A stretch of DNA of 64,000 nucleotides from Felis catus. Taxonomy: Eukaryota. Below are positions 47,611 through 60,166 of the stretch, in pieces (positions within the stretch are counted from its first letter, which is position 1; each line of letters begins with the position of its first letter). The notes under the pieces were generated by a model that saw only the letters and a program-made list of their open reading frames with translations, did not search any database and had not been told where the DNA came from. Position numbers and translations under genes: made by a program. Location: positions 74,586,001-74,650,000 of the forward strand of contig NC_058380.1 in NCBI RefSeq assembly GCF_018350175.1, in the 5' to 3' direction.

Positions 47611-49443
47611 CTAAGGAATAAATGGTGTGACATCCCAAACTAATAGGAAGATTACAGGATATCGCCTGGGAATCATAGAGCCCGACACGGAGGTGGTGCT
47701 CATTCCTTCATTCAACACTTAACTGAATGCTTGAAAAGGGTCATGGGTGGCTGGGGGTGGTGGTGGAGGGATGGGGATTTGTCAGTAATTAATGCTGGTT
47801 GCTGCACCAGACAGCCTCCCCAAATTTCAGAGTCTGAAACAATAAAACTTTATTTTTTCATCATGTTAGGAAAAATCTGTTTTTTTTTTCTCCTGAACAA
47901 CTAATATCATTTTTCTCTTGGGCATTGTGAGTCTGGTAATGGATTGATTTTCATTTTTGGCTTGGCTACTAGGAAGCTCATTATAACTGTGCATTGCTGC
48001 TTACTGACGTTCCCTGGGTCATCTTCCTATTTGACTCTCATATGCCCATGACTTTGATCCCTTCCTCCCCCGACCCTCCCATATTGTTGTATTTTTGTTT
48101 GTTGCCTCAAAATGTCTTTGGGGATGAAGGGAACTATGGATAAATAAGTGAATGAGCATCATTCTCATTGAGAGATGGCCGCTATGAAAGGGACATTGGG
48201 GAACCAGTAAGTGTCCCTTTCCTTCTTTAAAAAGGAAAGTGGATCTTTAGGTTCTGGTTTGAAAATTTGCAGAATTGAAACTGATGCTTGGGCTTGGAAT
48301 CTGCAAGCTTTTTCTTTTTCATTCTGCAGTTTTACTCACCCCTTTTAAGTTGCTATTTTAACAATCCAAAGTCTCATTTGCTTCAGCTGGCAGAGGAAGG
48401 AGACAAGAAAATTTGTTTTCCAAGGTCTTTTGGGGAATCACTTCATGCAAATGTCTTTGTCTCAGAAGGAAACTGCCCAGAGGTTAGGCCTCTGCCCACT
48501 CCTGAGAAGGCAACATCCAGAGTTGGTGTTTTTCCTTTTGCTTTTCTGTTTCCAAATGTGAAATAGGCAGAAGTCAGGAGACCAGCCACAACCTTGCTGT
48601 GTGATCTTAGGCTCTTTTCACCCCCTCTCTGATCTCCAATAAAAAAACAAAGTAGTCTGAGAACCCATCCACATCCATGGATCTTGTCTGGGTATCAAAA
48701 GAGGAGGCTATTCCAGTGAGATGTGCTTTCTGGTGATTCTGGTTGAGTGAGTGATTTTAGTGACACTCAAATCATGTATTTGGAAGAAGCTAGCTCTGCT
48801 TCCCATAAATATAGAGGAGATGGTGGGTGTGGAGGCCTAGGCTGGGGTCTCACTGGTGACAGTTTGAGAGATGTGTCAGTGTGGACCTGGGAAACTCACT
48901 GCCCAGCTGTCAGTCCCCACAGCATCCCTCAGTTGTGTATCCTTGGCCAAACCAGGTTGCCTCCTTAAGCCTCTCTGTCCTCCTCAGCCATAACGAGATG
49001 ATAACAATAGGACCATGTGTTGTGCAGAGTAAATGACCTAAGGCTCACAAAGTGCTGGGCACTTTTTGCTCCCTTTAGTTGGGCCAGACACTGCTGGATT
49101 GGGGTGTGGCCACTAGGTTGACTGAGCCAGGATACTCTCAACCAAGGCCTCACTAGACCACCCTTTCTTCTTTTGAAGAGGTCAGAAAGCAATTGTCCCA
49201 GACATGCTCCCAAAATGGGATGGAAGGAAAGGTATGAAAGCATTCTCATAGTGAAGCTTCTACATACTCAGCTCTCGATCTCCAGTGCCTTCTGCTTCTC
49301 TATCCAATCCCTCTTCAGGACTTTAGTTCCATTCCCCTTCCGGTTTCCATTTTTTCTTCTGTGAGGTGCATAAATTAGATTCCATCATTTAAAATCTAAT
49401 GTATTTCATCCTATCCCAGTTTAGACAATTTGTATTACATTAC

Positions 49444-49656
49444 AGCAGGATTTCTCAACCTTAGCATTATTGGCATTATAGGCAGGTAATTCTTCCTTAT
49501 CCTGTGCCTTGTAGAATGTATAGGAGTAGCCCTGACCTGTACCCACTAGATGCTAGCAGCACCTCTCCCCCAAGTTTGGACAACCTAAAATGCTTACAGA
49601 CATTGCCAGATGTCCTGGGGGTGGGGCAGCAAAATTGCCCTAGCTGAGAACCTTTG
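49444..49656 (-). mobile_element. MER20
   Basis: Reverse complement of the MER20 pattern: CAGGATTTCTCAACCTT...ACCCACTAGATGC...CAGACATTGCCAGATGTCC...CAAAATTGCCC...TGAGAACC. Confidence 0.8.
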
Positions 49657-49690
49657 ACTTAAGAGTGCTTAAACAAAATAATGCTGCTCA

Positions 49691-50144
49691 TACTCTCAAC
49701 AATAGCCAAATTATGGAAAGAGCCTAAATGTCCATCAACTGATGAATGGATAAAGAAATTTTGGTTTATATACACAATGGAGTACTACATGGCAATGAGA
49801 AAGAACGAAATATGGCCCTTTGTAGCAACGTGGATGGAACTGGAGAGTGTGATGCTAAGTGAACTAAGCCATACAGAGAAAGACAGATACCATATGTTTT
49901 CACTCTTATGTGGATCTTGAGAAACTTAACAGAAACCCATGGGGGAGGGGAAGGAAAAAAAAAAGGTTAGAGAGGGAGAGAGCCAAAGCATAAGAGACTC
50001 TTAAAAACTGAGAACAAACTGAGGGTTGATGGGGGGTGGGAGGGAGAGGAGGGTGGATGATGGATATTGAGAAGGGCACCTTTTGGGATGAGCACTGGGT
50101 GTTGTATGGAAACCAATTTGACAATAAATTTCATATATCGAAAA
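49691..50144 (+). mobile_element. 5'-truncated felid L1 (L1_Fc-like) 3' end
   Basis: End of ORF2, 3'UTR, AATAAA and short A tail; 16-bp TSD AAAATAATGCT(G/A)CTCA at 49675-49690 and 50145-50160. Confidence 0.93.
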
Positions 50145-52041
50145 AAAATAATGCTACTCACATTTATTGAGTACTTTTTTAATGCCAGCCACAGTGCTAA
50201 GAGAGTTCCATGTCCGAATCTTATTGAGTCCTCCTGATATCCTTGTTGAAATGGTTATTAATACCTTCTGCTTTGCAAATGAGGCTGTTGAGCTACTAAG
50301 AAATGATGGAGCTGGGATTCAAACCCATGTTTTCCCACCATCAGACCCTGTGATGTTTCACCACTTTAAAAGTTTATACATACAAGAGTGATCTATTGAA
50401 GAGTAAGCAATATGGTTTATTCAATAAGAATGCAGGACTTGGAAACAGGTGAGCCTGTATGGAATATTAACTCTACATTGATGAACTGGTCACCATCTCC
50501 TCTTGACCATCATTTCTGCATTATTAAATCGAGGGTAAAGATGAACCTTGTAAATTGTTAGAAGACAAAATGAGGCAGAGGGATACCTAGTATACCTGGT
50601 CCTTCTCCAGCCAAATAATGCACTGGACAACAGTCAAGAACACTGTTGACATTTCTTTCATTCCTTCCCCATAGCCTTAGTGCTCCTGGGGCATATGAAA
50701 ACCTCATGCCATAGTGTATCGTATCACCTCATCCCTGTCCCACCCTGTCCTGGGTGTCTACGACTTTCTCATAAGGTTCAGACCAGCAGAGAGAGTGGTT
50801 TGTAGGAAAATCCATGGTCAATATAACCAGAATGAAAACAGTCATATTGCCCCCAATCTGCTCCAAATTGTGTCCCTTTTCTCCGTGACCCCAGTCACCT
50901 AAGCCAGGTATTTGGGAGTCATTCTTGACTTCTTCTACCTTCTCACTTCCTGTGGCTAAGCAGTAACCAGGCACCATACATTACACTTGCCATGCATTTG
51001 CTTATATTTCTTCTCCTTTCTATCTTTCCCTGGGCCAGGCCACCATACTTCTCCCTTGGATGCTGAAAGATGCTCTCTGCTTCCACTCTTGCTTTCACAA
51101 TCCATCTAGACAGTGCAGCCAGAATGATCCTTGCCAGGTGTACATCTGACCAGGTCTCTACCTCCTTGTTTCCTGGAGAAAGCCCAGTTCCTTAACTGGC
51201 AATGGAGCATTTCTTATCTAGGCTTCATCTTCTCTTCATTCTCACCTTGGGCCTCTCTTCCCTTATTTTTCTCACTTTCAGCCATACTGAACCACTTAGA
51301 ACTTCTGGAAGGCACTCACCATGCTCTCCCTTCTCTTAGCCATCTGAATATGTTTTCACCTAGTCTAGAACACTGCCACTTTTGCTTTGGTCTAGATAAC
51401 TCCAGAAAGCCTTGGATTAGGGCTCATTCTCCACTGGAAGTCTTCTCTCATTCCTAACCCTAGTCAAGCACCTTCTGGGGCTTCCCCACTAAGGCTGTGG
51501 CCGTCTGTGAACAGATCTGCCTCTCCCACCACAATGTGACTTTTTTTAGGGTAGCAGGTGCACCCTTTTCTGCAATCTCCAGTGTCTAGTGTGGACCTTG
51601 TTACAATATATATTTGTAGCATAAATGAGTGATCCACCATGTTGCATAAATTAGAGTAGGAGTGAGAAACAGTAAAGAAATTGAGGCAGTGAGTTAGAGA
51701 AACTGACATATGAACAGTCTATGACCAGTCCTGAAACTGGCCCCGGGGCTCCTCTTTCCATCTTGAATCTCTAGGAATTCAATAGAAATATTATCCAATT
51801 CAGTGGAAATGTGACTCAAGGTAACTTTATCTGTGACATTAAGACAAAGAGACCATCTTTGTACCTGACAAAGAAGCCTATGTTGCTGTTTGTGATATAA
51901 ATGTTGGGTGGAGAGAGCCAAAGACCTAGGAGCCATATGACCTGCACATCACTTTTAGCTTAGGCATTTAGGAGAATTTATTAAGGAGCCTCCCTGATTA
52001 TGTAATTTGAAAAGCCAGATTAGTTTTTGTATGCTTTAGAG

Positions 52042-52264
52042 CAGGATTTCTCAATCGTGGCATTATTGACATTTTGGGCCAGAGGAATCTTTGTTGTGGG
52101 GAATTACCCTGTGCATTGTGGGTGTTTGGAAGCCTTCCTGCTTCTTTCTACTCACTTGATGCCAATAGTAGTCCTCTCACCTCAACTGGGACAACCAAAA
52201 ATGTCTCCAGACTTTGCCAGATGTCCCCTGTGGGGACAAAATTGGCCTAGGTGGAGAACTACTG
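52042..52264 (-). mobile_element. MER20
   Basis: CAGGATTTCTCAATCGTGGCATTATTGACATTTTGGGCC...GACAACCAAAAATGTCTCCAGAC...GTGGAGAACTACTG. Confidence 0.85.
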
Positions 52265-52794
52265 CTTCAGAAGAATTAAAATTGGCATCCATCTGGTAAA
52301 GCCAGAAATCACTGGATGAAGGGAGGATTTGAAGTTCATTTCCAGGACTGCCATTGACAGAAGATTTTTTTTTATAAGTTTTCTATGAAATCAAGTTGAG
52401 GATGTTTGACTTTGGGGAATCACTTTGACCTCTATTCTCATCCAAAGTCATTGAATAATGCAAGTCCAAAATGTTTTGGATACTTCTAAGTTCAGTTTTG
52501 GTCTTAGGAGTGGTCCAGAAAATGGGGTGAGCTCAAGCCTTGGGATGAGAGAGAGAGCTCAGCTCTCTCCTTGGAGCTTCTCAAGATGCCCCAGGGAGGA
52601 CATAACTCATGCAGCCACCTCTTGGTTGCTCTCTAGCAGCTTAGACTGCCAGAGTGGGAAAGTGCATAGAAATATTTGATCTGAGTCCTTTGTTACAGAA
52701 GAGGAAACTAAGGTCTGGAAGAGGGAACGGACTTAGCTAAGATCACCCAGTTGGTTAGAGTAAAAGACTTTATTGACCCAAGTTTCTTTCTTTC

Positions 52795-53100
52795 CTTTTA
52801 AAAACTGGTTTATTGAGATATGATTGACATGTAAAAAACTGTACATATTCATGTATCAGCTCAATGAGTGAGGGCTTGAGCATACACCTGTGAAACCACC
52901 ACTACCATGAAGGCCATAAAAATGTCCATCACTTCCCAAAGTTTCCTTCGTCCCCTTTATTATTATAAGTATAATCATCATTGTAATAATAATGTTAAGA
53001 ACACTTAACATAAGATCTACCTTCTTAGCATATTTTAGGTATACAGCACAGTGTCATTAGCTATAGGCACTACTCTGTATAGTATATCTCCAGAGCTTAT
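52795..53100 (-). mobile_element. Old L1 (L1MA/MB-type) 3' end
   Basis: TTTATTGAGATATGATTGACATG...AACACTTAACATAAGATCTACC...CCAGAGCTTATT. Confidence 0.7.
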
Positions 53101-56100
53101 TTATTGGTTTCAGTTATAACCCAAGTCTCTTCATGAAGAGTCTGGTATTCTCTCTCCTGCTCTGTGCTGCCTCACTCTAGGATCCTACCTCCATGTCTGT
53201 TCAACCCTTGGTGGAAGTCTTTATCATAGGCTTTTCCCGATGTTTCTATTTTGTTGAAATGTACATCTTTGGGTTTCTGCTTCCTATATCCTGCTTTCAT
53301 CCTGGTGATAGCCATGTAATGCAAATGTAGGTCCATAACACGTTAGTAAGAACTAATGTGCTTACTTTATCTCTCAAGGGAAATATTTGGCTTTTAACTG
53401 AGCTTGACCTCAATGAAATGAAACTAACGGTAGGAATTTGAAGCACTGAGGTAGGTTTAGAAAGCCTTTTGGAGCAGCTAGATTCTTTTGGGAAATTCCC
53501 CACCTTTGGAGGTCATGTAGTCTATCATTGTGTACAGAGTTGCACACTGGGGTTGTTTCCCATCATGTGATTTAGAGGAAAGAACCTGGGCTTTGGACAT
53601 AGGTTCAAATTCTAGCCCTACCACTTCATATCTATGCAAATTTAGAACCAGGATAACATCATTTCTGAATGGTCACTGGGGGATGGTCATGTTACATATG
53701 CTATCTCATTCATTCTTAACACAACTATGGGAAGAAAGGTTTACAGTTTATAGGAGAAAACTGAGTTTCAGTTACATTCAGTTACATTAAGTAACAAAGG
53801 GTAAGGTAGTGGAGCTAGGAGTTGAACCCAAGGCAATTGGGCTCCAGATTATGTATGATAAAACTGACACTGGAAAAAAAAAAAAAGATTAGGCATAACA
53901 TAACCTCCCTAAACTTCAGTTTCTCAGGATGCTAAATTAGGATGTTAATATCTCCTTAGAAGAACCATAGTGAGGATTAAACAAAATAATGTCTGCGCAG
54001 CACCCAGTGCTCCCTGATTATCTAATAGTTGCTCAGTCTCCCCCTTTGTACAAGTTGCTCTAGTTAGCTGAATGTCAACTACGATTTACTAAGTGCTAAC
54101 GGGGTGTTGGCAATCTGCTAGGTCAGTTTGCATACATAATTTCACTTAATTTTGTAAAAACCATGTGAAGGAGGTCAATATTATTTCCCCTCTATTTTCA
54201 CCAAAGAAATCGAGGCACAGAGAGACGAAGGACTCTGTGGGGCTTGAGAGTGAAGAAGGGCAGTGTCAAGATTTGCATTCTTGACTTGGCAGAGCTCTTG
54301 CTCCCTTGGCCCTGCTCACCCCTCTGTTACTCCAAGCCAAGGATGAGCTTCAGAAACTCTCAGGTGAGAGTCATCCCTGTGGCATGCTTTTCACCTTTTG
54401 AGACTAAAATAAAGCAAATTTTCATCTTAATGAGTAGATCTCTTCTTGTCCTGGAGGTTGGTGCCTTGAGGACCATCTGAATTCAAGTCAGCCTTGAGGA
54501 TACTGGAGTCAATTCGTGATTTATCCCTGGTGGATTCCTAATTCAGACTTGTATTCATCCCTCTTCCTTGTTGCCCAATATGGCCTCAGAGACTTGAGAT
54601 TAGTCTTCAGCCAAATTTCAGTGAGATCTAATTAAAGCTGTGCATGGCCTGCTTCCAAAGCACCCAGCCAGCCTCTCTTCCTTTTGCACCCCTGAGAATT
54701 AGTTTCCTGGACCCTCTGAGTCCTTGTCCCTCCGCTTGGCACAAACTTATCTTCATCTGATTTGAATTTTGTCTCTCCAAAACCATGCCTGCAAGTGTGA
54801 AAAAAATTGGCTAGGTCAGAATCACATTTTTTTTCATACTGAACTGATGAGACTACAAGACAATTTCCTTTTCATTCCTTATCTGTAAGAGATCAATGTA
54901 ATGCCCAAACTATAGGCCCTACTAAGCACCTGGTGGTAAAATGGAAAACTTCACAGGCAAAAAAGCAGGGTTGATGGAGGCAGACAGACCTGGGTGTGAA
55001 TCCCAGCACTTAGTAGCTCTCTGGTCTTGGGCAGAGCCCAAGTTCTCTGAGCCTCAGTGTCCTTATCAGTAACCTGGGTACAGCAATGTAGTTGTTTGTA
55101 AAGACCCAAACAGGCCATGTTTATAAAAGCACTTAGCACTTCTGAGTTTGGGCTAAGTAGATGTTTGCTAAATCATGGTGGAACCATAAGTTGCTCTCCT
55201 CTGATATGGTCTCTCACGACATTTTCACTGTATCTTTGTGAGACACTTGTCACTTTTTACCCTGGTTCTGTTGAGCTGGGTGTGTGCATATATTCTCCTG
55301 TTACTCTGAGCATCTTGGAAAGAGGCCTCATAAAAGACTCTGTCAAAAGACAGTTTTGAATTCCCAGTACACAGGGATTTTGTACAGAAGGGACTAGTAA
55401 ACAGTTGATGCATTAAGGTACAGGAAGAATGAACAAATGCATAAGAGAGAAATGTGTGTTTTGAAGAGAAATGTGTAAGAGTCAGCCTGTGTAGGTAAGG
55501 ATTGGGTCTGCCTCAGTCACAGCGACAAGTGATAGCCAGTGTATAACAAATGCCTATTGAATAAGTGAATGTGGAGTCCAGGAATATTTAACTTATCAGA
55601 GTCCACAGAGCCCACAGGTGGACTGATATCCACCTAGTCTCAGCAAGAGAAACTGAGGCCCTGGGAAAGGGAAGGACTTCCCATTTTGACACATGGACTC
55701 AGCAGTATTTTACATCATCTAGTGTAAGATTTTCTTTAACCTGGTACAACCATAGCTTTCGGTTTACAAAGACTGACTTGGTGTGGTTCCTTACAACTGA
55801 ATCTAGCCCTGTTCTCTTGCCCCTCAGTGGTTGGCATGAGCTGAAACAATCAGAGAATAAAAAGGACTAAAACATTCAAGGGGAATAAGCACCTGCACAG
55901 TAACCCATTCATATTTGGATTCTTTGGGGCTGAAATATAGTGCATTCCTAAATCAGGCTGTGTGGCTTGGGAGGAAGAAGAGTCTTGGTTATTTTTACAT
56001 TGCATACCTTGACTTTTACTACGTGGAGTTGTACAGCCAGGTTCGGTCTCTTTTTATCCCAAAGTTGTGCCAAACCAGTTAGGTCATCCTCCTAACTGTC

Positions 56101-57833
56101 TCCTTTGGAGAAATTCTCCTTGGGAATCAGAGTCTTGACTTATAAAGCACCAAGGTATATTGTGTGACCTAAAACAATAGTTGGAGTCAAATTCTCTTTT
56201 GGTTTCCTGATTATAAACTCATTGTGCTCTTGGCTTCTTTGAAAAATAAATCTTTCCTGTGATTCAGAATGGATTCATAAAAAGTAAGACTAAGAACTAG
56301 AATGGAAGCCTTATGAGGGCAGAGACTTTGTTTTGTCACTGCTGTCTCCTCAGTACCTAGGATAGTGCCCTGTTTATGGTAGGGACTCAACAAATGAATG
56401 AAAGAATAAATTAATGAATTCACTATTCTTAGAGAATGGACAAGAACTTTGTGGACTGGTGCTGGACCCTGAAGCCATGTGCAGTCTTGCTTATGACCAA
56501 CTGTGCAACTCTGGGCAACTTCCCCATCCTCTCTGAATTGCTGGCTCATCTGTAAAATGAAGCGGGATGAGTGGATGTGAAGAAAGTTGAGTTCAAGAAT
56601 GAATATGAAAGTATTTTGGAAAAAAAAAGCTTTCATCATCATTTCATTCTTTGAAATCTCTCTATGGGAAAATCTCCAGATATGTTTGGTTTTGGATCAT
56701 AGCTGACAACCAGATGGAGAGACAGGGAGAGTAGCATGGATGTTAGCTGTGCTGCTTTGGATGACCTAATCAGTAAAGCTTAAAGGCAAAAATTCAGGGT
56801 TTTCAGGTCAGCTCTTTTTAGGGTGTTCACAAAAGGGTGGAAAGGAAAATGAGGAAAGGTACAACAAAAAATCAGGTCTGAGGGACTGAGAGAAAGCAAG
56901 CAAGGAAATTAGTTTATTAGGAGCTGGTTCACACACTCTTCTAGTTGTGTGACCTTGGACAAGTCGTTTCTAAAAGATCTATGCATTGTTTCATGTTCCC
57001 GGGGCATAGAGATGAATTTAACTCAGCCCCCACAGCTCTGGGAGAAGAAGACAGGTAAAATGAAGATGAGTGTGATGGTTGCTGAGTTGGAGCGTATACC
57101 AGATTGTAGGGGAGTGCAAAAGGGGAGGGGTTTGAATCTGCTCTAGTGGCTCTGGGAAGGTATTCAAGGGGAAGTGGTGTTTGAAATGGGCATTAAGAGA
57201 AGAGGTTTTTTACTGGGTAGAGTAGGAGTGATTTGGGTCAGGTGGCACTGTTCTCAAAGGAGAGAATAACTTGCACAAAGCATGGAGGCATGAGGTAGCA
57301 TGTTGTCTTTGGCCAATGAATTGTGATTTGCACAGCTCTAGCATAGGCTGTATGGAGAAGAAAGCAGGGAGGAAGGGAAGGCACATATCACAAAGGCTCA
57401 GTAAACCAAGCTTACCAAGACTTTTATATCTGTGGACAGTGATAAGCCATGGAAAAATTATAGGCAGAGGAAAAACATGGTCACATTTGCATTCCAGAAC
57501 AATCATTCCAGTGTTGTGCAGGGGATGAATTGGAGGTGAGAGAGGCTGGTAGTAGGGTCTCCAGTGGTAGCTTAGTGCATTTATCCATCTAAGAGATGAT
57601 TAAGGCAGGGGCCAGCAAGATAGGATAGAGGGACAGATACAAATAACACTAAGAGGTGATCCTCAGGGCCTCAGATTCTCCCATCTATAAAGTTAAATAT
57701 TTCCGAACCCAAATTTCTATGATGGTCTCAAAGATTATGGAGTGTAACTATGGCTGGGATTTGGGGACACTCTGGGAAATTAGTGGCCTCGTGAGGAATA
57801 CCATTTTATGGACTCCCTATAACTTTATTTTCT

Positions 57834-57864
57834 GGGTGTGTTGGGTGCGGGGGGCGGGGGGGGG
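57834..57864 (+). other. G-quadruplex-forming motif
   Basis: GGG-TGTGTT-GGG-TGC-G6-C-G9. Confidence 0.6.
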
Positions 57865-59371
57865 AGTGTTAACAACAGCCTTGTCAAAGGGTGAAATAAC
57901 TCTGCTATTAAGTCTGAAGGATCGGACCTGAGGAAGGGTGTACGTGAATGGTGGCAAGACAGTCTCAAGGTTGGAAGAACCTTGAGAAGCCAATGTTTTG
58001 GGGGCTTTTGACACCCCTGCAACATGCTCCCTAAAAGATTGTTCAGTCTTTTCTGGGTCCTTCTTGTAAAGAGAAGACATTCACTTCCTGAATAGCCTGT
58101 CCCATTGCTACAAAATCTCAGCATTTTGAGATTTGAACATTATCCCATCTGTTTCATTTCTATCCCTTCTTAGCCAGAGAAGGTGGCTTTTGAAAGAGAC
58201 CTTCATAAGAATCCTTGCACTAAACAAACAAACAAACAAATAAATAAATAAAAATTTAAAAAGCCTGATTAATGCAGGTATTACAGAGGCAAATCATTGT
58301 TTTGATTAAAATTGATTTTCATTTTTTTTTCTCATTTGAGGCTCGGCAGTATTTCAGGCTCCATGCCAGACAGAGACAGAAAGATAGTTGAATTCAAAAA
58401 GGATTTTTTTTTCAAAACAGAGCTCTGGGTGCCAGATAATTCTAACACCAACAGTGCAGTTGAGATGGTTCTGTTGTGACTAGGAGTCCCTACAGGCAAG
58501 AAGAGTATAGGGTGTAGGCTGAGAAAGTCGGAATCTATTCTTGGTGGTGGGGATGGTGTAAAGCCCTTGTCCTAGGATGAACACAGGAAGTGTTAAGAAA
58601 TAAGGAAGAGCTGGCTGCAGTGTGACTAGAGGGCTGGACAAACATTGAGGCAATGCCTACAAATGCAATGGGCTGCTCACTGCCCTCTTCGCCCACTTCC
58701 CTTAACCTCCTCCTACTCCAAACCTCTTCTTCCTGGTTTCTTCCATTGTCCTCTTAGAAACTGAATACCTCCTTCCTCCTTTCTTCCCCACCCATCTCTT
58801 TCTGACTGTAGGTTTCTCTATCATCCCCCACATAGAAGCAATGCCTTACATTTTTATGATGCTTCGCAGTTCACAAAGCCAGTGGGAAAATGTGATCTCA
58901 TCAACCTCCCAACCACACATATAGGTAGGTGCTGTCCCCATTCTGCAGATGATGAAAAAAAGGCTACGGGAGATGAGGTCACTTGCTCAAAGCCACACAG
59001 TCATGTGGTAGCAGAGACAGATGATGGTTTGTGCTCTTTTCTCCAAACGTCATGCCATCATTCCAACTTCACAAGTTAGGCGTCTGGTATGCCTGTATGC
59101 TGACTTGTGTGGAATGTGGAGAACTGAATGATCTCCTAGTTGAAGCATCCCAAAGGAGGGTTACTTTCTCCTGGAGGTGTTTTTAGAGAAGTTCAAAGGA
59201 GAATTTATCTTCCTGAAAGTTTTCTTGAATTCTAAGACATTGGAGTCTTTTAACGTCCAAGCATACTGCATTGCCCCACTCCATTCTGATGATATTGACA
59301 CTGTGGGCAGAGGTAGCTAGAATCAGCGGTGTGCTGGAACCTGCTCATATCAGCTCATTTGTTAAATTTTC

Positions 59372-59602
59372 TTTTTTTTTTTAATTTTTTTTCAACGTTT
59401 TTTAAATTTATTTTTGGGACAGAGAGAGACAGAGCATTAACGGGGGAGGGGCAGAGAGAGAGAGGGAGACACAGAATCAGAAACAGGCTCCAGGCTCCGA
59501 GCCATCAGCCCAGAGCCTGACGTGGGGCTCGAACTCACAGACCGCGAGATCGTGACCTGGCTGAAGTCGGACGCTTAACCGACTGCGCCATCCAGGCGCC
59601 CC
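59372..59602 (-). mobile_element. Young CAN-SINE (SINEC_Fc)
   Basis: Many CpGs retained; perfect 17-bp TSD TCATTTGTTAAATTTTC at 59355-59371 and 59604-59620. Confidence 0.96.
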
Positions 59603-59733
59603 ATCATTTGTTAAATTTTCAAGAATTTTGTGGCAGGTTGTGAAATATAGCCATTATTGGAAATTATATAAACTTCTAGTCAAGTGAATTATGATGAAAG
59701 CAAAGGCAAGGAATATTCAAAACATCAAATCTT

Positions 59734-59943
59734 TTTTTTTTAATATTTATTCTTTTTTTGAGAAAGAGAGACAGTGTGAGCAGGGAAAGGACAGAAAGAG
59801 AGAGGGAGACACAGAATCTGAAATATGCTCCAGGCTCTGAGAGGTCAGCACAGAGCCCGATGTGGGGCTTGAACTCACCAACTGTGAGATCATGACCTGA
59901 GCCAAAATCAGATACTTACCAAGCTGAGCCACCCAGGTGCCCC
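59734..59943 (-). mobile_element. CAN-SINE
   Basis: Flanked by TCAAATCTT on both sides. Confidence 0.93.
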
Positions 59944-59952
59944 TCAAATCTT

Positions 59953-60166
59953 TTTTTTTAATGTTTATTTATTTTTGAGAGAGAGAGACAGAGACAGAGA
60001 ACACGTGAGGGGGGGGCAGAGAGAAAGGGAGACACAGATTTGGAAGCAGGCTCCAGGCTCTGAGCTGTCAGCACAGAGCCCAACATGGGGCTCAAACCCA
60101 CGAGCTGTGAGATCATGATCTGAGCTGAAGTTGGATGCTAAACTGACTAAGCCACCCAGGTGCTCC
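59953..60166 (-). mobile_element. CAN-SINE
   Basis: Typical body; followed by AAGACATCATATCTT, a degenerate copy of 59719-59733. Confidence 0.93.
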
